A DNA stretch of 64,000 nt from Gekko japonicus (Eukaryota): assembly GCF_001447785.1 (NCBI RefSeq), contig NW_015175487.1, positions 1 through 64,000 on the forward strand, in the 5' to 3' direction. The notes beneath the pieces are model-generated. The model made no database searches and was not told where the DNA came from. It worked only from the letters and a program-made list of their open reading frames with translations. Made by a program: the position numbers and the translations under genes. Shown here piece after piece: positions 1-12,740 of the stretch (within the stretch, counting starts at the first letter, position 1; the number at the start of each line of letters is the position of its first letter).

Positions 1-410
1 TTTAAAGGTTAGAACCAACACCTTGAACCGATCCCGGTATGCTATAGGCAGCCAGTGCAGCGTCCTCAGCACAGGCTGGATGTGGTCCCGTGTAGAGAGA
101 CCCATCAACAGCCTGGCCAAGGCATTCTGCACTAGCTGCAGCTTACGGATCTGAGACAAGGGCAGCCCCATGTAGACAGCGTTGCAGTAGTCTAACCTCG
201 AGGTGACCATTGTGTGGATCACTGTTGCCAGGTCATTGCATTCGAGGAAGGGAACCAACTGCCTAATCAGCCATCATTGGTAAAAGGCCGCCTTGGCAGT
301 GGCTACTACCTGGGCCTCCATTGTTAAGGAGGCATCCAGGAGCACTCCCAAACTCCTAACCCTCGGCTCTGGCACCAATGACACCCCACCGAAGGTCCCT
401 GCCAGCAGTT
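1..410 (-). mobile_element. L2-type LINE RT fragment
   Basis: Minus-strand peptide VRSLGVLLDASLTMEAQVVATAKAAFYQ, with in-frame stops downstream. Confidence 0.7.
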
Positions 411-689
411 TATCATCTGAAAACATAATGTGAAAGGACTTGGAATAGCAACACCAATAGGAACACCAAGAAATTATTAAAATCTGAAAAGAGAGATAAA
501 AGTGCCAGTCAGGTACACAGAAACTCTGGCTAATTGCCATATGGGTCAGTTACCTTAGAAAGGGAAAACCCAAAGAAGAAAGGGTAGGTTTATGAAAAAT
601 TAGGAAGCACATTTTTAATTAGCTAATTTTTAACCGGGGGGGGGGGGCTCATTTTGGATTATTGGCCTCAATCATCATAATGTCCTGAA

Positions 690-1262
690 TAAAGAGAGGA
701 ACATTATGAGAAGACAAGAGTCACTGGAAAAGACAACCATGCTAGGAAAAGTTGAAGGCAGCAAGAAAAGAGGAAGATCCAACTTAAGATGGATGGACTC
801 CATCAAGGAAGCCACAAAGGCCTTCAGCTTGCAGGAGCTGAGCAAGGCTGTTAGCAATAGGATTTGGTAAAAGGTAAAGGTTCCCTTGCTCGAAAGCCAG
901 TCGAGTCCGACTCTAGGGTTGCGGTGCTCATCTCAGTTTCAAAGCCGAAGAGCCAGCACTGTCCGAAGACGTCTCTGTGGTCATGTGGCCGGCATGACTA
1001 AACACCAAGCCGCACGGCACACTGTTACCTGCACACTGGAGTGGTACCTGTTTATCTACTTGCAATTTCTTGCTTTCGAACTGCTGGGTTGGCAGGAGCT
1101 GGAACCAGAGACGGGAGCTCACTCCGTCACGCGGCAACCCGGGTCTCGAATTGCTGAACTACTGACCTTCCACAGCCTGCATTTCAGCGTCTTAACCACT
1201 TGAGCCACCTCATAGGGTGGCTATAAGTCGGAAGCAACTTGACAGCACTTCACACACACACA
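690..1262 (+). mobile_element. RTE/BovB-like LINE 3' end interrupted by a Sauria SINE
   Basis: Encodes SLEKTTMLGKVEGSKKRGRSNLRWMDSIKE. The tail resumes at about 1210 and ends in (CA)n. Confidence 0.75.
866..1209 (+). mobile_element. Sauria SINE-type repeat
   Basis: ggtaaaggttccc... end and body nearly identical to the copies at 10.9 kb and 19.5 kb. Strand is relative between copies. Confidence 0.75.
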
Positions 1263-3317
1263 GAAGGAATAAGGCGCATACAGAAGCAAGTGCAGCTGAG
1301 ACCCATGGCTGAGCAAGAAGAGCAAACAGAGCAACCTGTGAACCAAGAGAGGAGGAAAGAGAAAGAAGAGAAGAAGACAGGAGAAGAAGAGTGTTATGTA
1401 CTGACAACATAACATGAATCGCTCAATACACTTCCCATGTTAAGCTTCGAGCCGGCCAAGGCACCGACAGTACGAACAATCTATTGGGTCTTTGCCTGAG
1501 GTTGCCTTCTGGATCTGGGATTCAGAGGCCGACTGTCTCTGAATGTGGAGGAACATTCCCTTTGGTCACCATGGCTAGTAGCCACTGATGTACCTATCCT
1601 CCGTGAATTTGTCCAGTCGTATTTTAAAACCATCTATGCTTGTGGCCATCACTACATCTTCTAACAGTGAATTCTGCCTTTCAATCATCCATTAGTTAGA
1701 GAAGTATTTCCTTTAGTCCACCAGGAATCTATTGCATGTCAACTTCATTGGGTTCTCTGAGTTCTAGTATTTGGGGAAAGGGAGAAACAGATCTCTCCTC
1801 TATACACAGATAAGTCCACTTCTCTTTCAGGTGGAAGTGAGTCTTAAATCTTTTCCAGTTAGCCCTGATGAACCAGGCAGATTATACATAACACCCCTAA
1901 TATATAATACCCCTAGGCATAAGCCCTTGTTACTTCTTTTGGTGATCCCCCATCTTCTCACTGAACAAGACACTCTAAATTTGATTTGTCTCTGGCTTCT
2001 AGCTCCTTTGTTCCTTGGAAGACTTTTATATATGACTGGCTTCCAGATTGCTCCCATACACCTTATCTGTTCACATACATAATGTCACAGATGCATTGCC
2101 AAAATACACAAAGACCCAAATATATACATTTGGTGAAAACAACTGTTTAGCAAATAATACTGATACAAAACATTTATAAGCAAGGTAATTCTCCAGTGCC
2201 ACACATTTATAAGCAATGTAATTCTCCGGTACCACAGAACGAAGAGGGACAAAGATTGGAGGGACCACATCAAATGTTGATATCCTTCCACATCTCTCTC
2301 TCATATACTTACTTCCTCTTTTTTTGAGATTTTTTTTGACTCTGCTGACTCTGCACTGTTCCCAGGTATATAGTAGTAACTGTCTGGTGATATGGCTCCT
2401 TGTACATACCCCAGAACTTGACTATAGTTCTGAATAATAAGTGTACTGGCAGAGTTATATTTGTAGAAGGTCAACATGAATAAGAACATTTCTCATGGAA
2501 TCAGGTCAAAAGGGCTGTCTAGTCCAGCATTCTGTCTCTAACACATCAAACAGTGGTACACTCTGAGCTCTTGAGAAGTACTCAAGTTCCAAGGTCATGA
2601 GTAGTATCTGGGAAGTACTCGTGCTCTGGATGCCCTTCAAAAGTAAGTCCCCTTGTTCCTCTAGTTATCCCCCCCCCCCGTTCTCAAGTAGCATTTTTGT
2701 TCAAGATTGGTTGGCTGGAAAAATTGACTTGTCAATAGGGATGGACATNNNNNNNNNNNNNNNNNNNNNNNNNNNNNNNNNNNNNNNNNNNNNNNNNNNN
2801 NNNNNNNNNNNNNNNNNNNNNNNNNNNNNNNNNNNNNNNNNNNNNNNNNNNNNNNNNNNNNNNNNNNNNNNNNNNNNNNNNNNNNNNNNNNNNNNNNNNN
2901 NNNNNNNNNNNNNNNNNNNNNNNNNNNNNNNNNNNNNNNNNNNNNNNNNNNNNNNNNNNNNNNNNNNNNNNNNNNNNNNNNNNNNNNNNNNNNNNNNNNN
3001 NNNNNNNNNNNNNNNNNNNNNNNNNNNNNNNNNNNNNNNNNNNNNNNNNNNNNNNNNNNNNNNNNNNNNNNNNNNNNNNNNNNNNNNNNNNNNNNNNNNN
3101 NNNNNNNNNNNNNNNNNNNNNNNNNNNNNNNNNNNNNNNNNNNNNNNNNNNNNNNNNNNNNNNNNNNNNNNNNNNNNNNNNNNNNNNNNNNNNNNNNNNN
3201 NNNNNNNNNNNNNNNNNNNNNNNNNNNNNNNNNNNNNNNNNNNNNNNNNNNNNNNNNNNNNNNNNNNNNNNNNNNNNNNNNNNNTCAGCGAGAGCTAGGG
3301 TCGGGTTCAGAAGCGCT

Positions 3318-3480
3318 TTAGAGACCAACAAGATTTTCAGGGTATACACTTTCAAGAGTCAAAGCTCTCTTCGTCAGAACTTTGACTCTTGAAAACTGTT
3401 ACCCTGAAAATCTTGTTGGTCTCTTAAGGTGCTACTGGACTCGAACTTAGTTCTTCTGCTGCAGACCAATATGGCTTCCC
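3318..3480. mobile_element. Penelope-like terminal fragment in inverted arrangement
   Basis: gagaccaacaagattttcagggta...caagagtcaaag is inverted against ctttgactcttg...taccctgaaaatcttgttggtctc. A CTGACGA...GAAA hammerhead-like core is present on -. Confidence 0.55.
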
Positions 3481-3534
3481 TCATTCACTGATCATGACTT
3501 TTACTCTCATTTCCCTCACAGGCTCTTTGGTCAC

Positions 3535-4473
3535 ATGGGTAGTGAAAACCTCACAATTCGGCCTGAGTTCATTCTCTTGGGCCTGTCCTCCGAGCCAGGA
3601 CAGCAGAAGCTCCTCTTTGCCATCTTTCTAGTTATGTATATTGTGGCCATCCTGGGGAACCTCTTGATCATTCTGTTGATCATCTGGGATGCCCATCTCC
3701 ACACCCCCATGTACTTCTTCGTGAGCCATCTTTCCCTGGTGGACGCTTGCTTCACCTCAGTCACCGTGCCAAAAATGTTGGCCAACCTGATATCGGAGGC
3801 AAAGACCATCTCTTACGCCGGCTGCCTGACTCAGATGTATTTCTTTTTTGCCTTTGGGGTCACCGACAGCTTCCTTCTGGCTGCCATGGCTTACGACCGC
3901 TATGTAGCCATCCGCAACCCCTTGCACTACACCAGCATGATGAGCCAGAGCCTATGCGTGGGGTTTGTGGCCAGTTCTTGGATAGTCTCTCACCTCCATT
4001 CCCTGCTGCACATTATCCTGATGACTCGCCTCTCGTTTTGTGCCTCCCGGGAGATCCCCCACTTCTTCTGTGACCACCAGCCGGTGCTAGCCCTATCTTG
4101 CACTGATACCACTTTCATTCAAATGTTGATTTTCACTGAAGGGGCCTTAGTGGTGCTCAGCCCATTTGTCTTCATTGTGATCTCTTACGCCCTCATCCTG
4201 GTCACCGTGCTGAAGCTGCCCTCAGGTTCTGGATGGCGCAAGGCTTTCTCAACCTGCGGGGCTCATCTCTCTGTGGTCACCCTGTTTTATGGCACTGTCA
4301 TTGGGGTCTACTTCCAGCCCACAGCTCGGTACTCAGCAGAGAAGGGGAGAGTTACTACCATCATGTACAGCATTGTCACACCGATGCTCAATCCTTTCAT
4401 ATACAGCTTGAGGAACAATGACGTCAAAGGCGCGTTGCGTAGAGCTCTTTGCGGGAAGGTGGAAACACAGTGA
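3535..4473 (+). CDS. OR1K1: Olfactory receptor, class II, family 1, OR1K1-like (312 aa)
   Basis: Intact 7TM ORF with [32 protein letters not shown] and [36 protein letters not shown] and AE.GRV match my recollection of mammalian OR1K1. A splice acceptor (ttccctcacag) lies just 5' of the ATG. OR identity is secure; the symbol is less so. Confidence 0.95.
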   Translation: MGSENLTIRPEFILLGLSSEPGQQKLLFAIFLVMYIVAILGNLLIILLIIWDAHLHTPMYFFVSHLSLVDACFTSVTVPKMLANLISEAKTISYAGCLTQMYFFFAFGVTDSFLLAAMAYDRYVAIRNPLHYTSMMSQSLCVGFVASSWIVSHLHSLLHIILMTRLSFCASREIPHFFCDHQPVLALSCTDTTFIQMLIFTEGALVVLSPFVFIVISYALILVTVLKLPSGSGWRKAFSTCGAHLSVVTLFYGTVIGVYFQPTARYSAEKGRVTTIMYSIVTPMLNPFIYSLRNNDVKGALRRALCGKVETQ

Positions 4474-5004
4474 GGGTCTTTCCTGGAAATAACCTCAGCC
4501 GCGAAAACCAACAGATGGACCACATGACTCATCACTATTATATCTCAGGGCTTCAAAGGACAATCGCCCCTTGTGATAGACAGACAGACAACACACGCGC
4601 ATACACACACCTAAATCTGTTGCATCTGACTTATGGCAACCCTGTACGGTTTGCAAGGCAAGAGACATTCAGAGCTGGTTTGCATTGCCTCCCTCTGGGT
4701 TTTGGGACCCTGGGACGCACACACACAGACACACGTGCACGGGGTTGAGGGACATAAGCCTGTTGATGTGCCAAAGACATGACATGTTACAGAGTGAACA
4801 GGTGGACGACTCATTCACCTCCTCAGATGCTCTTATTCAGTTCTGCCCATGTGTACCTGAGGACAGCAGATGCAGGAAGATGCTCGAGTGGATGGGAGGG
4901 GGCCACAAGGTCTGGGAGGGATAAATGGGTGACGGGTGGGAAGAACCTTGGCCCTGCAAGAACTGCGTAATCTGGAGAACTGGGCTCCATCTATGCATTA
5001 CAAC

Positions 5005-5220
5005 CAGGGCCGGATTTAGACTTGTTGAGGCCCTAAGCTATACAAAACCCAGAGGCCCCCTACTGTTTTAAATTACATCAGCTGGTCTCAGAAAAATTTA
5101 AAATATATACGCCTTTTTAATAGTTGAAATCATTTTTATATTGTGTTTTTATTTGAGGCCCCAGCAGATTGTGAGGCCCTAAACTGTAGCATATTTAGCT
5201 TATGCGTAAATCCGGCACTG
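5005..5220. mobile_element. hAT-type MITE
   Basis: TIRs CAGGGCCGGATTTA / TAAATCCGGCACTG and 8-bp TSD ATTACAAC. Confidence 0.85.
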
Positions 5221-5496
5221 ATTACAACGTCCTCAAGTTTCTTGGGGAACAACATGAGGACTTTGTATCGTACATGCAATGGGAGTTTTGTGCCTCCCAC
5301 ATGCACATCTATCCTTTTCTGTTTGCGGTGCAGGGAGAAAGGCCCGTAACTATTCATTTTGATGGAATCACATTGCTTTCATGGCTCCTTGTTAAGTTTA
5401 ACAATGAAGAAGAAGAACAAATTGGCTATGTTCCTGCAGGGGGTTGGACTAGATGTCCTGCAAAGTCCCTTCCAACTCTTAACATTCTATGATTCC

Positions 5497-5752
5497 ATGA
5501 TTTATATCCTGCCCTTCACTATCCGAAGGAGTCTCACTTACAATCCCTTTCCCTTCCCCTCCCCACAACAGACACCCTGTGGTAGGTGGGGCTGAGAGAG
5601 CTCTCCCGAGAACTGTCCTTGAGAGAACAGCGCTGAAAGAATTTATGACTGACCCAAGGTCTCACCAGCAGCTGCCTGTGGAGGAGTGGGTAAAAAAACC
5701 CATTTCCCCCCAGATTAGAGTCTGTGCTCCAAACCACTACACCAAACTGGCT
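5497..5752 (-). mobile_element. tRNA-derived SINE (Squam3-like)
   Basis: Reverse complement of the family head gccagtttggtgtagtggtt and of the cctcacagggtgtctgttgtgggg body. Confidence 0.8.
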
Positions 5753-6274
5753 AACAGCAGCTCCATGGGGAAGTCTGAGGAGGAGAAAATGGTTGGGGGG
5801 GGGGCTACAGTCATTTCTATCTTTGTTCTCTGGTCCCAAATAGAGAAAAGGTGGTGTGCCCCTGAGAGGCATCTAAACATCGATTGCACAAAGTCCTTGT
5901 GTTGTTACCTAACAACCCCAAGGACTTTGTAGCGAAGAGAAGAGGAGGCTGGAGCTGAAAGAAATGAAAGGAGGAGGAGAGGAGTCATCTTTCCCAAAAG
6001 TAAAGCTTCTCCTCAGGGGAAGTAAGGGTCACTCCTTATCCTCTCAGGAGCCTTCCTGCTTTGTCAAAGAGAAAACGTCTCTGGAAACTGCAATAAAGCA
6101 AAAAATTACCTCAGAATTGCCTGAATTGTCCCACTTTCTTTAGTCGTGAGATCAATCACTTCAACTCCAATGTTAAGTTGTTCTGATTCCTGAATGCGTT
6201 TATGTGCTTGTTCGAATAAAGCTGAATCACTAGCTGAAATCACTCTACGGGTCTTTGTTAGCGCGATCTAACAA

Positions 6275-6542
6275 AGAGGCTGGATTTATACCCCGCCCTT
6301 TGCTACCCGAAGGAGTCTCAGAGCGGCTTACAATCCCTTCCCCTTCCCTCCCCACAACAGACACCCTGTGAGGTAGGTGGAGCTGAGAGAGCTCTCTTGA
6401 GGACTGCCCTTGAGAGAACAGCTCTGAAAAAAACTTATGGCTGACCCAAGGTCACACCAGCAGCTGCATGTGGAGGAGTGGGGAATCAAATTCGATTCTC
6501 CCAGAGTAGAGTCCGCACTCCTAACCACTGCACCAAACTGGC
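6275..6542 (-). mobile_element. tRNA-derived SINE (Squam3-like)
   Basis: Same family as 5497-5752. Confidence 0.8.
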
Positions 6543-7648
6543 CCAGAAAGGTAGAGAAGAGTATAATAGCTTTAAGTGTGAGATGCAGCAACAGGTGCCA
6601 GATAGAGTCAGTCACCTGTCTTAACTCAAATGCTTCTGCTGGGAGAGACTGGATCATGGTCAAACCCAGCCAAACCCCACCCAATCACATGGAGTTCGAT
6701 TCAAAGGCTAATGTTCCACCAATGGAGTTCTCCTTGTACTGGAGGAAGGTTCCATTGTTGGAGGAAAGGAAGCTTGCCAGTTGCCCATAACAGAAAGGGG
6801 TTGTGGAGAGCTTTGTCCAATGGAGAAGGAGAAGCATTAGTAAGCAAGGCTCTACCTGTGCTATTCAGGGCTGGCTATGTGGCCAAGTGATCCATGGGGC
6901 TGCTTGGGACACCAAAAAAGGGAGAGGGCACTGATGGCAAAAAAGAAGGCGGCTTCCAGGTCTCCTGCTGGCAGCCCCTGACCCCCTGGCTGCCACTTGG
7001 TAGAGCAATGAGCTAAAAGTACAAGGGAAATTGCTGTCGCTCTGTTGGCACGATGTCATTTCCAGCGCAGACCTGGAAGTGATGTCATCGCATCAGAGAA
7101 CACTCTAGGATTTCTCTGAAACTCTGGTCAAACCATCGAGTTGAATCTTAGAAGTGAAATCCTAAAAGTAGAATTCTAGAGCATCGCCCTGACCTGATGG
7201 GTTTTCACCATAAGGGATGTTGTGCTGTCAGAGTGACGTCGACTCGCCTTTCCCAGTGCCCCTCAGCTTCCAAGCGGCTGTGGGTGCTCAGTCAGCAGCC
7301 TTATAATGGCCTATGGGATGAAGAAACGCAAGCCTGTTTGGGGTCGCAAAAGTCCTTGAACAAGCCTGGTGCTATACCATAACCCCCGGTTTAGACCCCA
7401 CAGAGGACTTCCTCAGAGATGTGTGTTGGGGGGCGATTTTTGTTGATCCCGCAGCAAATCTCGGACCTCCTTCACGTTGTTTTCAGGCATCTTCTGTTCC
7501 CTAGGAGGAGCATTTCTGTGGCTCTTATGGCCTGCAGCAGGACAGGAGAAAGTCACTTTCCATAGGTAGAAATCCTTTCCATTAGCAGAAATTTCCAGTG
7601 AATACACTCCATTAGATCTACATTTTCATAGTGACTATACATAGAGCC

Positions 7649-8037
7649 AGGGCTATTTTGGGGCAGGAACGCACAGGAACGGAGTTCCGGCTGGCTCCCA
7701 AGTTGACCACGCCCAGCAGGAACTCATTAGCATAATAGGCCACACCCAACAGCAGAAACTCATTCGGATTGGCTACATTAGGGGTGTGTGGCCTAACATG
7801 CAAAGGAGCTCCTGCTACAAAAAAAGGCCCTGGGTTTTGACAACATAAACAGAATAACAAGCAAAAGGTGGGTGTGGCTGGATAACCACACTTCTGGTAA
7901 CATGTGGGTGCGGCCTAATGGGCTAATGAGCTATGCTGTCAAGGGTGTGGCCTAATATGTGAATTGGTTTCTGCTGTTGGGTGTGGCCTATTATGCTAAT
8001 GAGTTCCTGCTGGGCTTTTTCTACAAAAAGAGCCCTG
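7649..8037. mobile_element. hAT-type MITE with internal ggccacaccc/ctaatgag subrepeats
   Basis: CAGGGC...GCCCTG ends. Same family as 38368-38769, 48550-48731 and 59407-59762. Confidence 0.7.
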
Positions 8038-8584
8038 CATAAGCACAAATCACCACGATGGCACACATCATTACATTTTATTCATTTATTTATTTGAAAC
8101 ATCTTTATGCCACCTTTCTACCTAATCAGGGTCCTCTAGGCGGTGCACATGAAAATATTTGAACAATTGAAAGCAATATTTTAAATTATTCAATAAAAAC
8201 ATACAAACAACTGGGAGGAGAGCCAATAACTGGGATGTGGGGATATGCCAAACAGAATTTAAAAAGTCTTCATGCACTGGTGAAAGACACTGCTAATGGG
8301 AGACAGACAAATTTCCATGCCTCCAGGCACCTGTTCACAGTTTCTACACCCTCCCTGGGATCTGCCAGTAGCAGATCCAGCTGGTAGCAGATTCTGTGGC
8401 TAGCAGATCCCGCTAAGTGTAGAATGTTGCCAGCTCTTCTGTGGATTTCTGATCAAGTTAAACAAAAATTGTTCTCTCCATTTGGCAGAAGAGCAGCTCA
8501 CCATTGCTACCTTCAACCATCCAGTCAGAGGGACCACATTTTGGGATGTAAGGACTGAGGTGGGATTTAACAACTTATTCACTG

Positions 8585-9517
8585 CTATTGAGAAAAGATC
8601 TTCTTTCTCAAAAGATGCCTCAGAGCTCTTTTAACGTCTTTATTTCTAAGACTGTAGATGTATGGATTGGACATTGGGGTGATAACAGTGTACATGAGAG
8701 CAAAAACGGCCCCGCGCTGGGCAGAGTAGGTGGAGGCAGGTTGGAAGTAGACCCCAATGATGGCCCCATAGAGGAGAACCACCATAGTGAGATGGGAGCC
8801 ACAGGTGGAGAACGCCTTGCGCCTCCCCGAGGAGAACTTCATCACAGTCACCACAATGCGGGCGTAAGTGAGAATAATGAAGAAAAAGGGACCAAGGATG
8901 ATGAGCCCACCCTCAAAAAAGATGGCCGCTTCATTGATGCTGGTGTCTGAGCAGGAGAGCTGGAGCAAAGGATCATGGTCGCAGAAGAAGTGGGACAGGT
9001 GGTTGTCCCCATGGTAACTGAGGCGCAGGAGGAGCCCAGCATGCAGCATGGAGTGGAGGGTGGAAACGATCCAGCACCCAGCCACCAAACGTCCACAGAC
9101 CTTCTGGCTCATCACCGTAGCATAGTGGAGTGGGTTGCAAATGGCGACATAGCGATCCAGAGCCATGACACTCACCATGAGGATGTCTGTGACACCAAAC
9201 ACATAGAAGAAGAAGAACTGAGCCATACAGGAAAAGAAAGGAATTGTCTTGGAAGAGGACATGAGGTGAACCAGCATCTGAGGCACCGTGACTGTGAGGA
9301 AGCCCACGTCCACCACAGAGAGGCTCCGCAGCAAGAAGTACATGGGGGTCTGAAGCCGGGCATCCACGGTGATTAGAATGACCATCATGATGTTGCCCAG
9401 AAGGCCTGCCCCATACATCAGCAGAAAAGAGGCGAAGAAGAGAGGCTGTTCTTCGGGTTGTGAGGAGAACCCCAGAAGAACAAACTCCACAACATCCATG
9501 CCATTCTCACAGTCCAT
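8585..9517 (-). CDS. OR1B1: Olfactory receptor, OR1B1-like paralogue A (310 aa)
   Basis: Intact OR ORF. PMYFLLRSLSVVD, AQFFFFYVFGVTD, VMALDRYVAIC, HFFCDH and NEAAIFFEGG resemble recalled OR1B1. Acceptor ttctccctgcag lies 5 nt before the ATG. Confidence 0.95.
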   Translation of the reverse strand: MDCENGMDVVEFVLLGFSSQPEEQPLFFASFLLMYGAGLLGNIMMVILITVDARLQTPMYFLLRSLSVVDVGFLTVTVPQMLVHLMSSSKTIPFFSCMAQFFFFYVFGVTDILMVSVMALDRYVAICNPLHYATVMSQKVCGRLVAGCWIVSTLHSMLHAGLLLRLSYHGDNHLSHFFCDHDPLLQLSCSDTSINEAAIFFEGGLIILGPFFFIILTYARIVVTVMKFSSGRRKAFSTCGSHLTMVVLLYGAIIGVYFQPASTYSAQRGAVFALMYTVITPMSNPYIYSLRNKDVKRALRHLLRKKIFSQ

Positions 9518-10925
9518 GGCTGCTGCAGGGAGAATCGCAACATGAGGCAGTCAGAAGAAAAGGAACTGGAAGGTCTTATATGCAGGGGCCAATGCTCCCT
9601 CTAAGCTGTGGATTCTTATATGCAGGGGCCATTTCCTGCAGGAGCGCACAGGAACGGAGCTCTGGCAGTAAGGAGCCCAGGGGGTGGGCACATGCAGCAA
9701 GCCTTTCCCCTGTTCCCAGCAGCCCTCAATCGAGCCACAAAGAACAAGAGGCAGCCAGGTAAGTTGCAGAGCCCCCACCACCACCTTCAGGTACAAGCTC
9801 TCCCTCCTCTGTGAGGGCAGATCTGCGCTTCCCCCCATAGCTAGCAATCCAAAACAGTCCAGTGGAGCCTGAGCGGTGGGGGTTGCCTTCTGACACACTC
9901 CCAGTGATGTCAGGGGGTGTGGCATATGCAAACAAGTTATGCTAATAAGTTATTCTAAGAGCTCCTGTACCTCTTTTTCTACAAAATGACCCCTGCTTAT
10001 ATGTACAAACTCATGCCAGAAGGTAGGCCCTTCCAGAACAGAAATGCCCTTATTGGAACAAATTTACTTTGCTGAATTTTCCATTTCCAAGGTTCGGCTT
10101 CTGTATTTGAAATATTTAGCACTATAGAGGGTGGATTGTGTTCTGACTGGCAGTTTTTAAAACCGAAGGCCATAAAATTGTCAGGTTCAGTGATCAAAAT
10201 CTGTCAAATATCACTGTTACCATCCGTCAGTGAGAGAAACCTGTGTGAACCTTCTGTGCTTGTTATCAGGAGCTAGACAGAGCACGTATCTTACTCCCAT
10301 CCTGCAGTCTCCCCACTGGCCGCCCATCAGTTAGGGGGCTCAATTTACAGTATTAGCTATCACTCACAAAGCCCTTCATGGCCTTGGGCCTGCAAATCTA
10401 CCAGGCTGCCTCTTCCTCTACGCTCCGCCATGACAGCTCTGCTCATCGGAGGAGGGTCTGCCGGAGGTGCCAACCTGCAAATGGGCAAGACTAACACCTG
10501 CCTGTATGCGTGCTTCCTCCACTGCGGCCCCCACCTTATGGCGCAGCCTTCCTGAGGAGGTCAAGGAAAGCTCCCACCCTCCTGGCGTTCTGCAAACTAT
10601 GCAAAACAGAATTCCTCGCGGAATTATTCAAGAGGACTGTGATCTGGACTACTGTGTGTAGCTTGCCGAAACTAGGATCCTGCTATGGAACTTCGCATCG
10701 TTTGATGTGTCATGTTAATAGTAATGTTTTGCTTCAGTTCTGTCTTTAGATTTCTGTCTGGTTCTATGGCCCTAATCCTATCGCATTGGTCATTTAATGT
10801 CCCGTCCATCAGTTGTCTTGACTCACTTTGTGAAACTGCCTTGAGTCCAAGTGAGAAAAGCAAGGTTAACATGTTTGCTGTCCGTCACTAACTGTCGCAT
10901 CAATAAGTAAATAAGTAAGATATGG

Positions 10926-11258
10926 ATAAGATGCTGAACTGCAGGCTGTGGAAGGTCGGTAGTTCAGCAGTTCGAGACCCAAGTATGCCGCATGACGGAG
11001 AGAGCTCCCGTCTCTAGTTCCAGCTCCTGCCAACCTAGCAGTTCGAAAGCAAGAAATTGCAAGTAGATAAATAGGTACCACTTCGGTGGGAAGGTAACAG
11101 CATTCCCCGCGCCTCGGTGTTTAGTCATGCCGGCCACATGACCACGGAAATGTCTTCGGACAGCGCTGGCTCTTCGGCTTTGAAACGGAGATGAGCACCG
11201 CAACCCTAGAGTCGGATTCGACTGGCTTTCGAGCAAGGGAACTTTTACCTTTACTTTT
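10926..11258 (-). mobile_element. Sauria SINE-type repeat
   Basis: Inverted copy of 866-1209, with TSD TAAGATATGG. Confidence 0.8.
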
Positions 11259-12454
11259 TAAGATATGGCCACTGAAGTCTGTTCTGACAAATAGCTACAC
11301 TTGGCATTTGATATTGCCCTGTGCTACGTAGGCCCATATCGACTAGGGTTTGAACACAGATCATTGTGTATAATGAAGTTGATCTGTATTTTATTTGTTG
11401 TTAGCTTGCACCTCGTTTGGGTGGCATCTCCCTTTTTTTTTGGCATTCCCAGATCAACTGTAAAATAGTGTCAGCAAGGCTAACATGTTTGCTGTCCGTC
11501 ACTAACTGTCAAATGTGCAATATCTCAAATACCCCCAAAATGAGTATCCACGAATAACACAGACCAATAATCAGCTATCCAAAAAATGCAACAAAGAATT
11601 TTGTGGAAACTAATTTGTTGAAGTTCTGGCTTGTTCAGATCAACCTCACCAATTACATATTACCCATTCTCAATGCTTATCAGTTTCACACACAAGAACT
11701 GTGAACAGTCAATTGCGTTCAAAGCAAAATACTCCTCTGCATCGCGCAGTACAGTCTGTCAGGTTCCTCAGTAAGATTTCCAAGGTGAGTACAAGTTGTG
11801 TGCAATGGCCATTTGGCAACTGTAACCCAGACAGAGGGTTGAAATAGATATTGGAAGATCCACAAATGGATTTTCAGAGTGTCTTCGTGGATAAATAGAA
11901 GCAGGAGAGAGCCCTGATTTGGTCTGACGCAGCCAGGGCCGGCCCATTACTGTTAAATTTTAGACTGTCACCTAGGGTGATGGCTCAACAAGGGTGCCAT
12001 TCTGGCCGACCTCATCCCCTCCTCGCCTGCACAGGAAGCCTCCCTTGCCTGATTCTTGCTCTGTCCCCGGCAAGAGACTCCCCTCTTTGCAGCCCCCCCA
12101 GATAGAAAGGCGGGGGGACAGGTGCGGGGAACAGCCCAGGATGACAGGAAAGTGCCGCTTGCCCTCTGCCGCCCCCACCCCTGCAGTCTCTTTGGAGCTT
12201 ACTTTGCAGCCTCCCCCTCCCCTCAAGTGATCCCGCCCCCCCCCCCCTTTGCAGGCCCTGCACAAGGGTGTGTGTGCCAGAATGTATCCTCGCCTAGTGG
12301 GCGAAAAAAACCTAGGGGCATCACTGGACGTAGCAGCACGTGGAGGAGGTTAATCGTGTCCTTTTGTGTGGTTTTCCCAACCCAATATGATTGTTTGTCC
12401 TGTTGGGGGAAAATGTACAGGCAACAAATGGGGAATCTGTATGTAAATCTGAGT

Positions 12455-12740
12455 CAGGTTGGTGTAGTGGTTAAGTGTGCGGACTCTAATCTGGGAGAAC
12501 CGGGTTTGATTCCCCACTCCTCCGCTTGCACCCGCTGATGAGACCTTGGGTCAGTCACAAGCTCTGGCACAGCTGTCCTTGAAAAAGAGCTGTGTCTGAG
12601 TTCTCTCAGCCCCACCCACCTCACAGGGTGTCTGTTGTGGGGAGGGGAAGGGAAAGGACTTTGTAAGCCGCTCTGAGATTTCTTTGGGTAGTGAAGGGCG
12701 GGGTATAAATCCAATCTCTTCTTCTTCTTCTTCTTCTTCA
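12455..12740 (+). mobile_element. tRNA-derived SINE (Squam3-like)
   Basis: A box tggtgtagtgg, B box ggtttgattcc and a (CTT)n tail. Confidence 0.85.

Noticed and set aside
2597-3355. Long ORFs containing X runs (also at 20.5, 25.6, 47.2 and 50.1 kb)
   Set aside because: Artefacts of N-gaps.
8588-9376. Antisense and alternative-frame ORFs over OR genes (also 39593-40081 and 58204-58509)
   Set aside because: Shadow ORFs caused by codon bias of the OR strand.
12455-12530. tRNA genes, and 5S rRNA genes at the 5S-like heads
   Set aside because: These are SINE heads that continue into SINE bodies and tails, and they are diverged from functional RNAs.
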